A stretch of 64,000 bases of DNA. Origin: Dendrobates tinctorius. Lineage: Eukaryota. The notes under the pieces were generated by a model. The model did not search any database. It worked only from the letters and a program-made list of their open reading frames with translations, and had not been told where the DNA came from. The first letter of the stretch is position 1. The number at the start of each line of letters is the position of its first letter. A program made the translations under genes and the position numbers. Of the stretch, positions 11,005-24,262 are shown piece by piece. The DNA lies in NCBI RefSeq assembly GCF_039654945.1, contig NW_027361869.1:7688001-7752000 (forward strand), read 5' to 3'.

Positions 11005-11770
11005 TCTATCTACTCCTATATAGTGTTTGCAACCAACCAATGTTGATGGATACGGATGGATGCACACTAATAGGAGAAGAAAAAATGAGCTGCACTCAAA
11101 GACAAATATGTGTGAGGCAGTGACGCACGTTGAGCGTCCTACAACCAGACGTAGCTGCAGGACACTCTACTCAGCGTGAGCTGCACTCACACACAGTCAG
11201 AGGCCTCTCAGACAGCCGTCAACAGTGCAGCTAAGTGGGCACTGGCACTGACAGGCTGCAGAAAGGCTCCGCTGTGTACTCCTTTATAGTGTTTGCAACC
11301 ACCGTAGATGGAGACGGATGGATGCACACTAATAGAAGAAAAAATGAGCTGCACTCAAATAAAAATATGTGTGAGGCACTGACGCACGCTGAGCGTCCTA
11401 CAGCCAGACGTAGCTGCAGGACACACTACTCAGCGTGAGCTGCACTCACACACAGTCAGAGACCTCTCAGACAGCCGTGAACAGTGCAGCTAAGTGGACA
11501 CTAGCACTGAAAGGCTGCAGAAAGGCTCCGCTGTCTACTACTAGTGTTTGCAACCAACGTATATGGATACGGATGGAAGCACACTAGATTGAAATTATGT
11601 AAAAAATGCAGCTCAAAAAATAAAAGATGTATGAGGCAGCAGTGATCACACTGGGTGGCCTACAGCCTGACGTGGCTGCAGGACCCACTCCACAGCGTGA
11701 GCTGCACTCACACAGCCCTTGCAGACAGCTGTGAACACTGCTGCTAGGGCAAAGAAGGCTACAGTGGTGG
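11005..11770. repeat. ~260-bp tandem repeat (3 diverged copies) upstream of the transposase
   Basis: GTGTTTGCAACC recurs at 11023, 11289 and 11544 with shared downstream sequence. Confidence 0.85.
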
Positions 11771-11883
11771 TTTATGTAGCCTGGGTAAAGCACTAGATGT
11801 TTGGTGGAATCGCTATTTCTAACTGTCCCTCACAGTCTTCTACAGCAGCCTGTCCCTAACTGAATTCACAGCAGAGTGACCAG

Positions 11884-11945
11884 AAATGGCGGCTGCGGTG
11901 GCTTTTATAGTGCATCATGACATCATTTCGGCAGCCAATCACAGC
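11884..11945 (-). promoter_or_regulatory. Putative transposase promoter (CCAAT box, TATAAAA, YY1-like GCCGCCATTT)
   Basis: Minus strand reads ATTGG...TATAAAAGCCACCGCAGCCGCCATTT, pointing toward the ORF. Confidence 0.55.
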
Positions 11946-12174
11946 CATGCCAATAGTTAACATGCCTACATGCCTAACAGGATGTGCCCACACTTCGGAG
12001 GATTCCCATTGGCTTAATCAAAGCAAGCAGGCTCATAGCATGATGGGAACTTCCTATTCCGATTCCGATTCCGGAATCCGATATGACAAAAGTATCGGAA
12101 TTAAGTATCGGAATTCCGATACCGCTAATATCGGCCGATACCCGATACTTGCGGTATCGGAATGCTCAACACTA

Positions 12175-15100
12175 ATGATCAGTGCAACCACCTTGTCTGT
12201 GCACGGCTGTATGATAAGTGCCAACACCTCGTCCCTACAGAGCTGTATGATTAGTGCCACCAACTTTTCCCTGCAGAGCTCTATGATCAGTACCACCAAC
12301 TTGTCGCCGCAGAGGTGTATGATCAGTGTCACCACCTTGTCCCAGCAGAGCTGTAAGATCAGTGCCACTACCTCGTCCCTGCAGGGCTGTATGATCTGTG
12401 CCACTACCTCATCCCTGCAAAGCTGTATGATTAGTGCCACCACCTCGTCACTGCAGAACTGTATGATTAGTGCCACCACCTCGTCACTGCAGAACTGTAT
12501 GATCAGTGCCACCACCTATTCCCTTCAGAGCTGTGTGATCAGTGCCACCACCTCCTCCCTGCAGAGCTGTATGATCAGTACCACCACCTTGTCGCCGCAG
12601 AGGTGTATGATCAGTGTCACCACCTTATCCCCGCAGAGCTGTATGATCAGTGCCACAACCTCATGCCTGCAGAACCGCATGATCAGTGCCTCCAACTTAT
12701 CCCTAAATAGATATATAATCAGTGCAACCACATTGTCCCCGCAAAGCTGTATGATCAGTGCCAACACCTCATCCTTGCAGAATTGTATGATCAGTGTCAC
12801 CACCTCTTCCCTGCAGAGCTGTATGATCAGTGCCACCAACTCCTCCCTGCTGAGCTGTATGATCAGTGCCACCACCTCCTCCCTGCAGAGCTGTATGATC
12901 AGTGCCACCACCTCATCCCTGCAGAGCTGTATGATCAGTGCCACAACCTCATCTCTGCAGAACCGCATGATCAGTGCCTCCAACTTATCCCTAAAGAGAT
13001 ATATAATCAATGCAACCACATTGTCCCCGCAAAACTGTATGATCAGTGCCAACACATCATCCTTGCAGAGCTTTATGATCAGTGTCACCACCTCTTCCCT
13101 GCAGAGCTGTATGATCAGTGCCACCAACTCCTCCCTGCAGAGCTGTATGATCAGTGCCACCATCTTATCCACACAGAGCTGTATGATCAGTGCCACCACC
13201 TACTCCCTGCAGATCTGTGTGATCAGTGCCACTACCTCCTCCCCGCAGAACTGTATGATCAGTGCACCACCTCATCCCTGCAGAGCTGTAAGATCAGTGA
13301 CACAACCTTGTCCCTACAGAGCCTTATGATCAGTGCCACCGCCTCCTCCCCACAGAGGTGTATGATCAGTGCAACCACCTCCTCCCTGTAGAGCTGTCTG
13401 ATCAGTACCACCACCTTGTCCAAGCTGAGCTGTATGTTCAGTGCCACCACCTTTTCCCTGCAGAGCTGTATGTTCAGCGCCACCACCTCCTCCCTGCAGA
13501 GCTGTATGATCAGTACCACCACCTTGTCCCCGCACAGCTGTATGATCAGTGCCACAACCTCATCCTTGCAGAACCGCATGATCAGTGCCTCCAACTTATC
13601 GCTAAAGAGATTTATAATCAGTGCAACCACATTGTCCCCGCAAAGCTGTATGATCAGTTCCAACACCTCATCCTTGCAGAGCTGTATGATCAGTGCCACC
13701 AACTCCTCCCTGCAGAGCTGTATTATCATTGCCACCATCTTATCCACACAGAGCTGTATGATCAGTGCCACCACCTGATCCCCGCAGAACTGTATGATCA
13801 GTGCCACCACCTCATCCCTGCAGAGCTTTAAGATCAGTGACACAACCTTGTACCTGCAGAGCCTTATGATCAGTGCAACCACCTCATCCCTGCAGAGCTG
13901 TATCTTCAGTGCCATCACCTCATCCCTGCAGAGGTGTATGATCAGTGCCACTACCTCATCCCTGCAAGCAAGTATGTACAGTGCCAACACCTCCTCCCTG
14001 TAGAGCTGTCTGATCAGTGCCACCACCTTGTCCGCGCTGAGCTGTATGTTCAGTGCCACCACCGTTTCCCTGCAGAGCTGCTTGTGCAGTGCCACCACCT
14101 TTCCATGCAGAGCTGTATGATCAGTACTACCACGTTGTCGCCGCAGAACTGTATAATCAGTGCCACCACATTGTCACCGCAAAGCTGTATGATCAGTGCC
14201 ATCAGTTGGTCAGCACAGAGCTGTATGATCAGTACCACCACCTAGTCCCCGCAGAGCTGTATGATCAGTGCCACCGCCTACTCCTTGCAGAGCTGTAAGA
14301 TCAGTGCCACCACCTAATCCCTGCAGAGCTATTTGACCAGTGCCACCACCTCGTCCCTGCAGAGATGTATGATGAGTGCTACCACCTCATCCCTGCAGAC
14401 CTGTATGATCAGTGCCACCACATCATCCCTGCAGAGCTTTATGATCAGTGCCACCATCTTGTCCCCGCAGAGCTGTATGATCAGTACCACCACCTTGTTG
14501 CTGCAGAGGTGTATGATCAGTGTCACCAACTTTTCCCTGCAGAGCTGTATGATCAGTGCAACCACCTCATCCAGGCACAGCTGTATCTTCAGTGCCACCT
14601 CCTCATACCTGCAGAGCTGTATGATCAGTGCCACTACCTCATCCCTGCAAACCAGTATGTTCAGTGCCACAACCTCCTCCATGTAGAGCTGTCTGATCAG
14701 TGCTACCATCTTGTCCGCGCTGAGCTGTATGTTCAGTGCCACCACCTTTTACCTGCAGACCTGTATGATCAGTGCCACCACCTTGTCGCCGCAAAGTTGT
14801 ATGATCAGTGCCACCGCCTACTCCTTGCAGAGCTGTACGATCAGTGCCACCACCTAATCCCTGCAGAGCTATTTGATCAGTGCCACCACGTCATCCCCTC
14901 AGAGCTTTATGATCAGTGCCACCATCTCGTCCCCGCAGAGCTGTATGATCAGTGCCACCACCTCCTCCCTGCAGAGCTGTATGATTAGTACCACCACCTC
15001 ATCCTTGTAGAGCTGTATTATCACTGCCACCACCTTGTCCCCGCAAAGCTGTAACATAAGTGCCACCACATTGTCCGAGCAGAGCTGCATGATCAGTGCC

Positions 15101-15876
15101 ACCACCTCCTCTCTGCAGAGCTGTATGATAAGTGCCACCACCTGGTCCTTGCAGAGCTGTATGATCAGTACCAACACCTTGTCGCCGCAGAGGTGTATGA
15201 TCAGTGCCACCACCTCCTCTCTGCAGAGCTGTATGATAAGTGCCACCACCTGGTCCTTGCAGAGCTGTATGATCAGTACCAACACCTTGTCCCCGCAGAG
15301 CTGTATGATCAGTGCCACCACCTTGTCGCCGCAGAGGTGTATTATCAGTGTCACCACCTTGTCCCCGCAGAGCTGTATGATCAGTGCCACCTCCTCATTC
15401 CTGCAGAGCTGTATGATCAGTGCCACCACCTCCTCCCTGAAAAGCAGTATGATTAGTGCTACCAACTCGTCACTGCAGAACTTTATGATCAGTGCCACCA
15501 CACATTCCCTTCAGAGCTGTATGATCAGTGCCACCACCTCCTCTCTGCAGAGCTGTATGATCAGTACCACCAACTTGTCGCCGCAGAGCTGTATGATCAG
15601 TGCCACCACCTGGTCCTTGCAGAGCTGTGTGATCTGTGCCACTACCTCATCCCTGCAGAGCTGTATGATCAGTGCCACAACCTCATCCCTGCAGAGCTGC
15701 ATGATCAGTGCCACCATCTTATCCACACAGAGCTGTATGATCAATGCCACCACCTACTCCCTGCAGAGCTGTATGATCAGTGCCACCACCTCGTCCCTGC
15801 ACACCTGTATCATCAGTGCCACCACATCATCCCTGCAGAGCTTTATGATCAGTGCCACCACCTCATCCCTATACAG
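12175..15876 (+). repeat. 36-bp satellite array (~100 monomers)
   Basis: Continuous head-to-tail monomers. Confidence 0.96.
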
Positions 15877-16619
15877 CTGTGCTCTGTGTAGAAATTGCAT
15901 TTTGTGTCTTCTCTTTTCTCCCAATATTCCCCTTTTGCACAATAGTTGGGTCACATAAATCCAGGAATATCTCACAGTTTTCTCCCCGGAGATGCGTCTG
16001 GTTGGGGAGTGAGTCGCATTATGAAGCTGCCCCTTATCAGTTCTCTTCCACCATTACAGGCCTCAGCGGTCACAGCTCCACAATGGGTGAGACCAGATTT
16101 TAGCAGGTCATTGCAATCAGCCGCCGATGTGGATCATCTCCTGATGTGGAGCATCTGTCACCCCCAATACTCCGCACATACGGGGTACAGGGAGGTCACA
16201 GGTCAGGGAGGCGGCAGTCAGCGGAGCCATCGCCTGTGTTACCCTTCTGGGCTCTCAGCAGCTCCAGGTCGTCCCCACATCGTACAATCAGCGTCCTGTA
16301 CGATAGACATTGTAGTAAAGATCCCTGTGATGGTGACAGGAGCCGGGAACAGGAGGAACGAGTTCCCCCAGCAGATGTATCTTCCCGGATACACAGCGAT
16401 GTGCAGATCTGGAGGACGACGGCGATGATCCCGGGACCTCCTCTCCGCTCTTCCCCGGCGTCTCTGCTAGTGACAGCTACAGACGGTCGGTGGAGAAGAT
16501 GGCGAAGAAGAAGCGGCGGAGGAAGCGCGCTCTGCTGTCCGGTGTCAGCCGGTAAAGGGCTTTTATTCCGGGCAAGGAAGCACAAGGGGAGAGCGGAGCT
16601 TCACTCGTTCTCAGCTGGG

Positions 16620-16712
16620 AAGAGGCGGGGCATGTATGCAGTGTCAGCCAATAGATGCTCAGGACGGTGTAGCTCAGCAGCCAATCAGTGCACAGTAAGC
16701 CTGTACATATAA
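16620..16712 (+). promoter_or_regulatory. H1 promoter: GC box, two CCAAT boxes, TATA-like element
   Basis: GAGGCGGGG ~16622; CCAAT at 16648 and 16681; CATATAA ~16706. Confidence 0.7.
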
Positions 16713-16783
16713 CAGACTCCTCCAGCTCCGGCCTTAGTGTTTTCCTATCGGGAGATTTTTGTGTTTTGGCTCCGTAGCATAGG

Positions 16784-17401
16784 ATGGCAGAGACCGCGCC
16801 AGCCGCCGCTCCCCCTCCCGCAGAACCGGCTGCCAAGTCCAAGAAGCAGCCAAAGAAATCCGCCGCCAAGAGCAGCAAGAAATCCTCCGGTCCTGGCGTC
16901 GCCGAGCTGATCGTGAAAGCCGTGTCAGCCTCTAAGGAGCGCAGTGGGGTGTCTCTGGCCGCCCTGAAGAAGGCGCTGTCTGCCGGAGGGTACGATGTAG
17001 AGAAGAACAACAGCCGCCTGAAGCTGGCCGTCAGGTCTCTGGTCACCAAGGGCACCCTCCTCCAGGTGAAGGGCAGCGGCGCCTCCGGGTCCTTCAAACT
17101 CAACAAGAAGCAGGAGACTAAAGTGGCCAAGAAGTCAGCAGCCAAGCCCAAGAAACCCGTTGCTGCTAAGAAAGCCGCCAAATCTCCGAAGAAGCCCAAG
17201 AAGGCTCTGACCACGGCCAAGAAGAGCCCGAAAAAGGCCAAGAAGCCCGCAGCTGCCAAGAAAGCGGCCAAGAGCCCCAAGAAGTCGAAAGCCGCTCCCA
17301 AGCCTAAGAAGGCGACGAAGAGTCCGGCTAAAAAGGCGGCCAAACCCAAAGCTGCCAAGAGTCCGGCTAAGAAAGCCAAGAAGCCCGCGGACAAGAAATA
17401 A
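16784..17401 (+). CDS. H1: Histone H1 (replication-dependent), 205 aa
   Basis: Globular domain [13 protein letters not shown]...GASGSFKL; Lys/Ala/Pro tail with SPKK motifs; intronless; downstream stem-loop. Confidence 0.98.
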   Translation: MAETAPAAAPPPAEPAAKSKKQPKKSAAKSSKKSSGPGVAELIVKAVSASKERSGVSLAALKKALSAGGYDVEKNNSRLKLAVRSLVTKGTLLQVKGSGASGSFKLNKKQETKVAKKSAAKPKKPVAAKKAAKSPKKPKKALTTAKKSPKKAKKPAAAKKAAKSPKKSKAAPKPKKATKSPAKKAAKPKAAKSPAKKAKKPADKK

Positions 17402-17428
17402 GTTGCGGACCCAGTTCTTTTACACAAA

Positions 17429-17469
17429 GGCTCTTTTCAGAGCCACCACCCTGTCCCCGCAGAGCTGTA
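17429..17469 (+). terminator. H1 3' stem-loop (17429-17444) and HDE (AGAGCTGTA, 17461-17469)
   Basis: GGCTCTTTTCAGAGCC-ACCAC, with a purine-rich element 16 nt downstream. Confidence 0.93.
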
Positions 17470-17697
17470 TGATCGGTGCCACCACCCTGTCCTCGTAGAG
17501 CTGTATGATCAGTGCCACCACCCTGTCCCCGCAGAGCTGTTTGATCTGAGCCACCACCCTGTCCCCACAGAGCTGTATGATCAGTGCCTCCACCTCCTCC
17601 CCGCAGAGCTGTATGATCAGTGCCACCACCCTGTCCCCGCAGAGCTGTATGATCAGTGCCTCCACCTCCTCCCCGCAGAGCTGTATGATCGGTGCCT
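17437..17697 (+). repeat. Short 36-bp satellite array (~7 monomers) starting within the H1 stem-loop
   Basis: TCAGAGCCACCACCCTGTCCCCGCAGAGCTGTATGA followed by in-phase copies. Confidence 0.93.
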
Positions 17698-18100
17698 TCA
17701 GGTGACAGTTCTGTGTAATGGAGGGAAGGGGGCCGATGTGCAGCAGAAATCACGTTACTTCCATCATCCTAATTATCACCACCTGTAACCCACATCTTAG
17801 TAAGAGTGGTGTGAGGTTATAACTCCGATGTGAGAGTTGGAGCGTCAGTGACTGATTATAGAGGAGCTGCTGTACCGCTCTGGGTACTGGGAATATAGAA
17901 TCGGAGCTTCCGCTGTAGAAGCCGCCTGGAGATTGGATGTGACCCTGTGTATCAGAGCAGTGGGTGATAGCTGAACTGTGAGTCAGGTTGAGCCTTCTCT
18001 GTACAGTGATTGGTCGCGGACATCAAACGCTATTCGCTGCTCACATTCTACAAAATAACCAATGGAATGCAGGGGACGTGTCCTCATGAAGCGTGAATAG

Positions 18101-18580
<480 letters not shown>

Positions 18581-18611
18581 ATCTGTCCTGCCCACCTGAC
18601 TGCAACACAAA

Positions 18612-18627
18612 GGCTCTTTTCAGAGCC
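18612..18627 (+). terminator. H3 3' stem-loop
   Basis: GGCTCTTTTCAGAGCC followed by ACCCA and AAGAAGAGC. Confidence 0.93.
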
Positions 18628-18689
18628 ACCCAATCCTCCCTCAAGAAGAGCGAATGCCTGACCTTTAATACTGCCGGCTTTGCTACCAA

Positions 18690-19100
18690 CCATGGTCCTG
18701 ATCATGCTCGTGGTGGTGAGGCTGGTAGTTTTGCTACCCCTGCTGATGCTGGCATGGCAGGTGGTGCAAATGACCTTTTTTGGGGTTATGGGCAGAGTAT
18801 TAAAAAACAACTAGACTTGAGAAGGCCTAACAGATGGACAGGCAACTTCCATCATGTTGGTGTTACTGTTAATAGTCGCCGGCCTTCTGTCTGCGGCAAC
18901 CACACTGCTTCTTCCTGGCTGTTGGGGCGCTATGCCTCCCTCCCCCTATGCTGCTGTCCTCACTTTGCATGTCCTCCTGCTAGCTTGGGTCAGTTACTAT
19001 ATCATCCACCACTTCATCCTGCTAAACACTGTCTCTTGTGCCTCCTTCGAGCCTGCCACCTGGTTCCAGCAGTCATGGTACTTTATTTCCCAGGGCGTTC
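18690..19100 (-). pseudogene. Decayed hAT transposase fragment (BED finger remnant)
   Basis: Minus strand reads SQV*LFFNTLPITPKKVICTTCHASISRGSKTTSLTTTSMIR, resembling the BED finger of the intact transposase; boundaries approximate. Confidence 0.6.
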
Positions 19101-19464
19101 TGATGCTTCCTGTATCCCTGGGTGGTCCTTACCAGGTCAGCTCGCCCAGGGTGGGTTGGAATCATGGCCCAGAGGGTCCACTCCAGGAGTCCTCACACGA
19201 ACAAGGGTGGGTGGTTTTGCTGGGCGTAAAATACTGGTTATGGAAAAGGTTGAGGTGTAACCCACAGGGCAACATGTTTGCCAGCCAACACACTTAGTGT
19301 ATGGGCATTACAAGTCTAGGAGATCTGGTTCTTTTTTTAATGAGACATTTTTTAAAAGGCCCTCTATATTTTATTCCAAGGGGGGATTGGAGTTATTGGG
19401 GTGCATATGACTTGGTAGCAGGGCAGGCCTTGCCGTGAATCCATAATACATGAGGGTGTGCACG

Positions 19465-19820
19465 AATATATGGGGAGTATACAGCACTGTATGGATACAG
19501 GATATTCAACTATAAAATACTATATGTTGGATTATCAGCACTATATGGAGATATATAATACTACTTGAAGGGTATACTGCACAATGTGTCCGTATACAAC
19601 AGTATTTGGCAGCTTACAGCACTATATGGGGGTATACAGCCACATATGATGTTATATAGAACAATATGGAGGGCCCACAGCACTTTGTGCAGAGTATTCA
19701 GCAATATGTAGGTATCAGCACTACCTTATGCTCATGTCACTATATGGAGGGTATCCAGCACTATGTGAGCCTATACATACAATAGCTATTTGGGGTTTAC
19801 AGCACTATATGGGGGTATTC
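19465..19820. repeat. Degenerate ~30-bp minisatellite (TACAGCACTATATGGGGGTA-like)
   Basis: Recurrent CAGCACTATATGG; resumes near 20060 after the CR1 piece. Confidence 0.6.
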
Positions 19821-19825
19821 TGTAG

Positions 19826-20005
19826 ATGATTCTGAATGGGAGGAGACACGGATTAGATATTAAAGAGAACTTTTTGACAGTGAGGATGATCAATAAGTGG
19901 AACAGGCTGCCACTGGAGGTGTTGAGTTCTCCTTCAATGGAAGTCTTCAAACAGAGGCTGGACAGACATCCGTCTGGGAGGATTTAATGAATCTTGCACT
20001 GAGCT
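19826..20005 (+). mobile_element. CR1 LINE 3'-end fragment
   Basis: Translates to RLDIKENFLTVRMINKWNRLPLEVLSSPSMEVFKQRLDRH, typical of the CR1 ORF2 C-terminus. Confidence 0.8.
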
Positions 20006-20824
20006 GGAACATTCCATGATTCAGGCTTATATAGAACAGATGCTCTCGGATTTGTGTCTGCAGCACTAGATGGGGAGTATACAGCACACGTAGACTTTGT
20101 AGTGCTGTATACCACCCAGTAGGTGGTATGGAGGATGTGCAGCACCGTACGGGGTGTGTATACATTGCCTGCAGCTCCAGGGCTGATCAGTCTCAACTCC
20201 ACTTCCAGCAGTGATCGGAGCGGACCCCACACGGAGACCCGGTAACGTTATATCTGGGCGTCTCCGTGTGGGGTCCGCACTGATCACAGGAGGCCGCATC
20301 TAGCACAGATCGGATGATACAATCCGCACATGTTCTACCAGGAGGAGCCCGATGTGCTGAGCGCTGCCGGGAGAACACGTGTACATGAGGAGCAGCAGGT
20401 AGAAGGGCAATAAGGAGTTAAACGGAGGAGGAAGCACGTCTATCGATTGGTCGGTTCCTGTGGGCGGAGCTTTATAACCGTTTGATGGTTTGAATCTCCC
20501 GCTCAGTCGTGCTCTCGGCCCTCGATCATTAACCCTTCAGTGACTGGATTTCTGCTCTGTAGTGACCACATCACAGCGAGGTATGTACTGTGGTGCAGAG
20601 ATGTCTGTGCTGCACAGTGCGGATATACTGTATGCCCCCAGAACCTGGCAGCTGTATATTATAGATCAAGGAGAATAAACCACATCACCCCAAGTCCGCG
20701 GTGCCAGCTCCAATATGGAAGGAGGAAAGTGCAAGACACATGCCAGGCTGTGACAACTAGTATACTTACAGGCACCAGATTGCAGGAATAGGAAATCGTA
20801 GCCTCTCAGGTAGAAGATGTGGGT

Positions 20825-20840
20825 GGCTCTGAAAAGAGCC
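20825..20840 (-). terminator. H4 3' stem-loop
   Basis: Reverse complement reads GGCTCTTTTCAGAGCC-ACCCA. Confidence 0.93.
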
Positions 20841-20870
20841 TTTGGGTTATCAGCACAGAAAAGAATACAA

Positions 20871-21293
<423 letters not shown>

Positions 21294-23075
21294 TTACAGA
21301 ATCCACATGAGCTCCTCCCTTCCTCTGCTGTTTGGCTGAGCACAGAACTGTTGGAGAGTTTGAATTTCCCGCTCATTGTTCAGTTTCCCTTTTCTTTCCA
21401 GCTTGTAATATAATGTCACTTCTTCCCCTGTGATGAGAATTATTCCAGATTCAGCCTATAGATAAATGGGCAGCACAAATAGAGGGGAGCAGACACGGCC
21501 CCAGTATATGTCAGGAGGACAGAACAGACTGTAACCACAGATATTACAGGCAGCCGCCCAGGGGATCTCACACCGGTAGATACACTGCCTGATATAAGGC
21601 TCAGTCCTCAGTAATCACAGGATCTCCGGTTTTCATAGAGAATATTACATTTATATTAACCCCAGGGCTAAGCCCTCTCTGCCTTTATTCAGGTCTTATA
21701 TTCCCGCATTAGGGACATTTGTGCTATGATAGGAGTCATCATTACTTCGGGCAATTATGACACTATTGTCCTTATATTTGTGTTTTCTTCTTCCCCTGGC
21801 AATGATTCTTTTTTCCACCACATCATAGCTCACATTGCTGCAGAGTAGGGACCTGCTGTCAGCTACAATTAATTAGGAAAAACAATTATTAACATAATGA
21901 CAGAAAAGGCTGAAAATCAGAGCTCAGCAGTGATCCTGACTGATCCCAGCCGCCAATATCGCCCCATATCCTGCAGTAATTATTTAAAAAACATCTGTGA
22001 GGAGGATGTGATGGGAGATGATGTCATGACATGTCTGACCTAGAGGATCCTCACATCACAGTGTAATGTATTGTGCACTGAGCTCTCGGCAATCTTCTCT
22101 ACATGATCGCACATTTCCCATCACAGACCTCCTGCCTGGAGCTGCAGGTGGGATCTGCTTGGAAGAGCAGAATTGGTCTCCCCTGAAATGTCTCTTGTAG
22201 GATACATCTCTAGCCAATATATTGTCTCCACAATACTGATTATGACGAGAAAGGGAGATGTGATCGCCTGCAGGTCAGACACACGGGGCATCACAGCATC
22301 TGCCTAACGCGGATTCATTCTCTAACCAGGAACAGCTGCAGACTCCTGTATGGGATGTAAGCGACCAGCGACCTCTCAACACCTGCAGATTCCCCGACAT
22401 CGCTCCGTCCTGGGACCGCGCGTTATATGGAGACAAAGAACAGAAAAAGCGGGAACTGCAAACGTGTCAACCATTGGGAACATTAGCTCCTCCCCTCCCT
22501 CTGCGGATTGGCTGAACACAGGACGGTTAGGGGGTTTGAATTTCCCGCTGCTTCTAAAATGTCGTCACCGCTTCCCTTTACAGTGAAGACTCCAGCATAA
22601 TCTCTAGATAAAACTGCACCGACTACAAATGTCTCCTGTTATTTGAGGAAAAACACGAGAATCATGAACTAAGTGCAGAGAGGAAAATCGTCAGCTCACT
22701 GTCTGGTGCTGCATGGGGGAGAAAATTCAGTCTCAAAGCATCCCGGCTTAGAAAGTGTTATTAGTCATCATGGTGTATCATGAACTAAACCGAATCATGT
22801 TATACCAAATGAATGAGACCCCAGAATATCAAGATCTGTGGAGCAAGGGGTTAAAGAGTAGTCCCTGAACACAGAGCAACTTATGGAGAAGTGACCAGGT
22901 TATTATTTAGAAGGTCCTCGGTTCTCACAATCTCCTTGGTAGCATTCATCATCCCTACTTCCTTCACCTGTCACTTCCCGTCACTAGACGCAGAGACCCA
23001 GGCGGTGGAGCAGACAACTGGGGGAGACGGGAAAGGACACAGGAGCAGCCACAGCTCTGATGGAGATGGGGTGGT

Positions 23076-23091
23076 GGCTCTTAGAAGAGCC
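23076..23091 (-). terminator. H2B 3' stem-loop
   Basis: Reverse complement reads GGCTCTTCTAAGAGCC-ACCACCCCATCTCCATCAGAGCTGT. Confidence 0.92.
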
Positions 23092-23125
23092 TTTGGGGTG
23101 ATGGCGGAGCAGCAGACTGAGCAGA

Positions 23126-24213
<1,088 letters not shown>

Positions 24214-24246
24214 GCGCTGCCGCCGATCTCTGTCCACAACACCAAA

Positions 24247-24262
24247 GGCTCTTCTAAGAGCC
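24247..24262 (+). terminator. H2A 3' stem-loop
   Basis: GGCTCTTCTAAGAGCC-ACCCA, with HDE AAGAGCTG downstream. Confidence 0.92.

Larger units (their letters stand above)
963..12174 (-). mobile_element. Full-length hAT DNA transposon (~11.2 kb)
   Basis: TIRs TAGAGTTGAGC / TAGTGTTGAGC(rc); 8-bp TSD ATGATCAG at 955-962 and 12175-12182; clustered CCGAT(A)/TATCGG subterminal repeats at both ends; transposase ORF inside. Confidence 0.95.

Noticed and set aside
12175-15876. Satellite monomers as complete SLBP-binding stem-loops
   Set aside because: Monomers have GCTGTATGATCAGTGCC in place of GGCTCTTTTCAGAGCC, so the 6-bp stem and 4-nt loop cannot form.
11917-15958. Long ORFs with 12-aa repeats ([36 protein letters not shown]), up to 507 aa at 28280-29803
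   Set aside because: These are translations of a 36-bp monomer that lacks stops in several frames on both strands. Frameshifts and stops occur at random, so there is no sign of coding constraint.
16477-17427. 316-aa antisense ORF over H1, and similar antisense ORFs over H3, H4 and H2A
   Set aside because: Shadow frames of GC-rich, codon-biased histone genes.
18754-19297. 147-168-aa plus-strand ORFs after H3
   Set aside because: No recognisable domain; they are antisense to a decayed transposase fragment.
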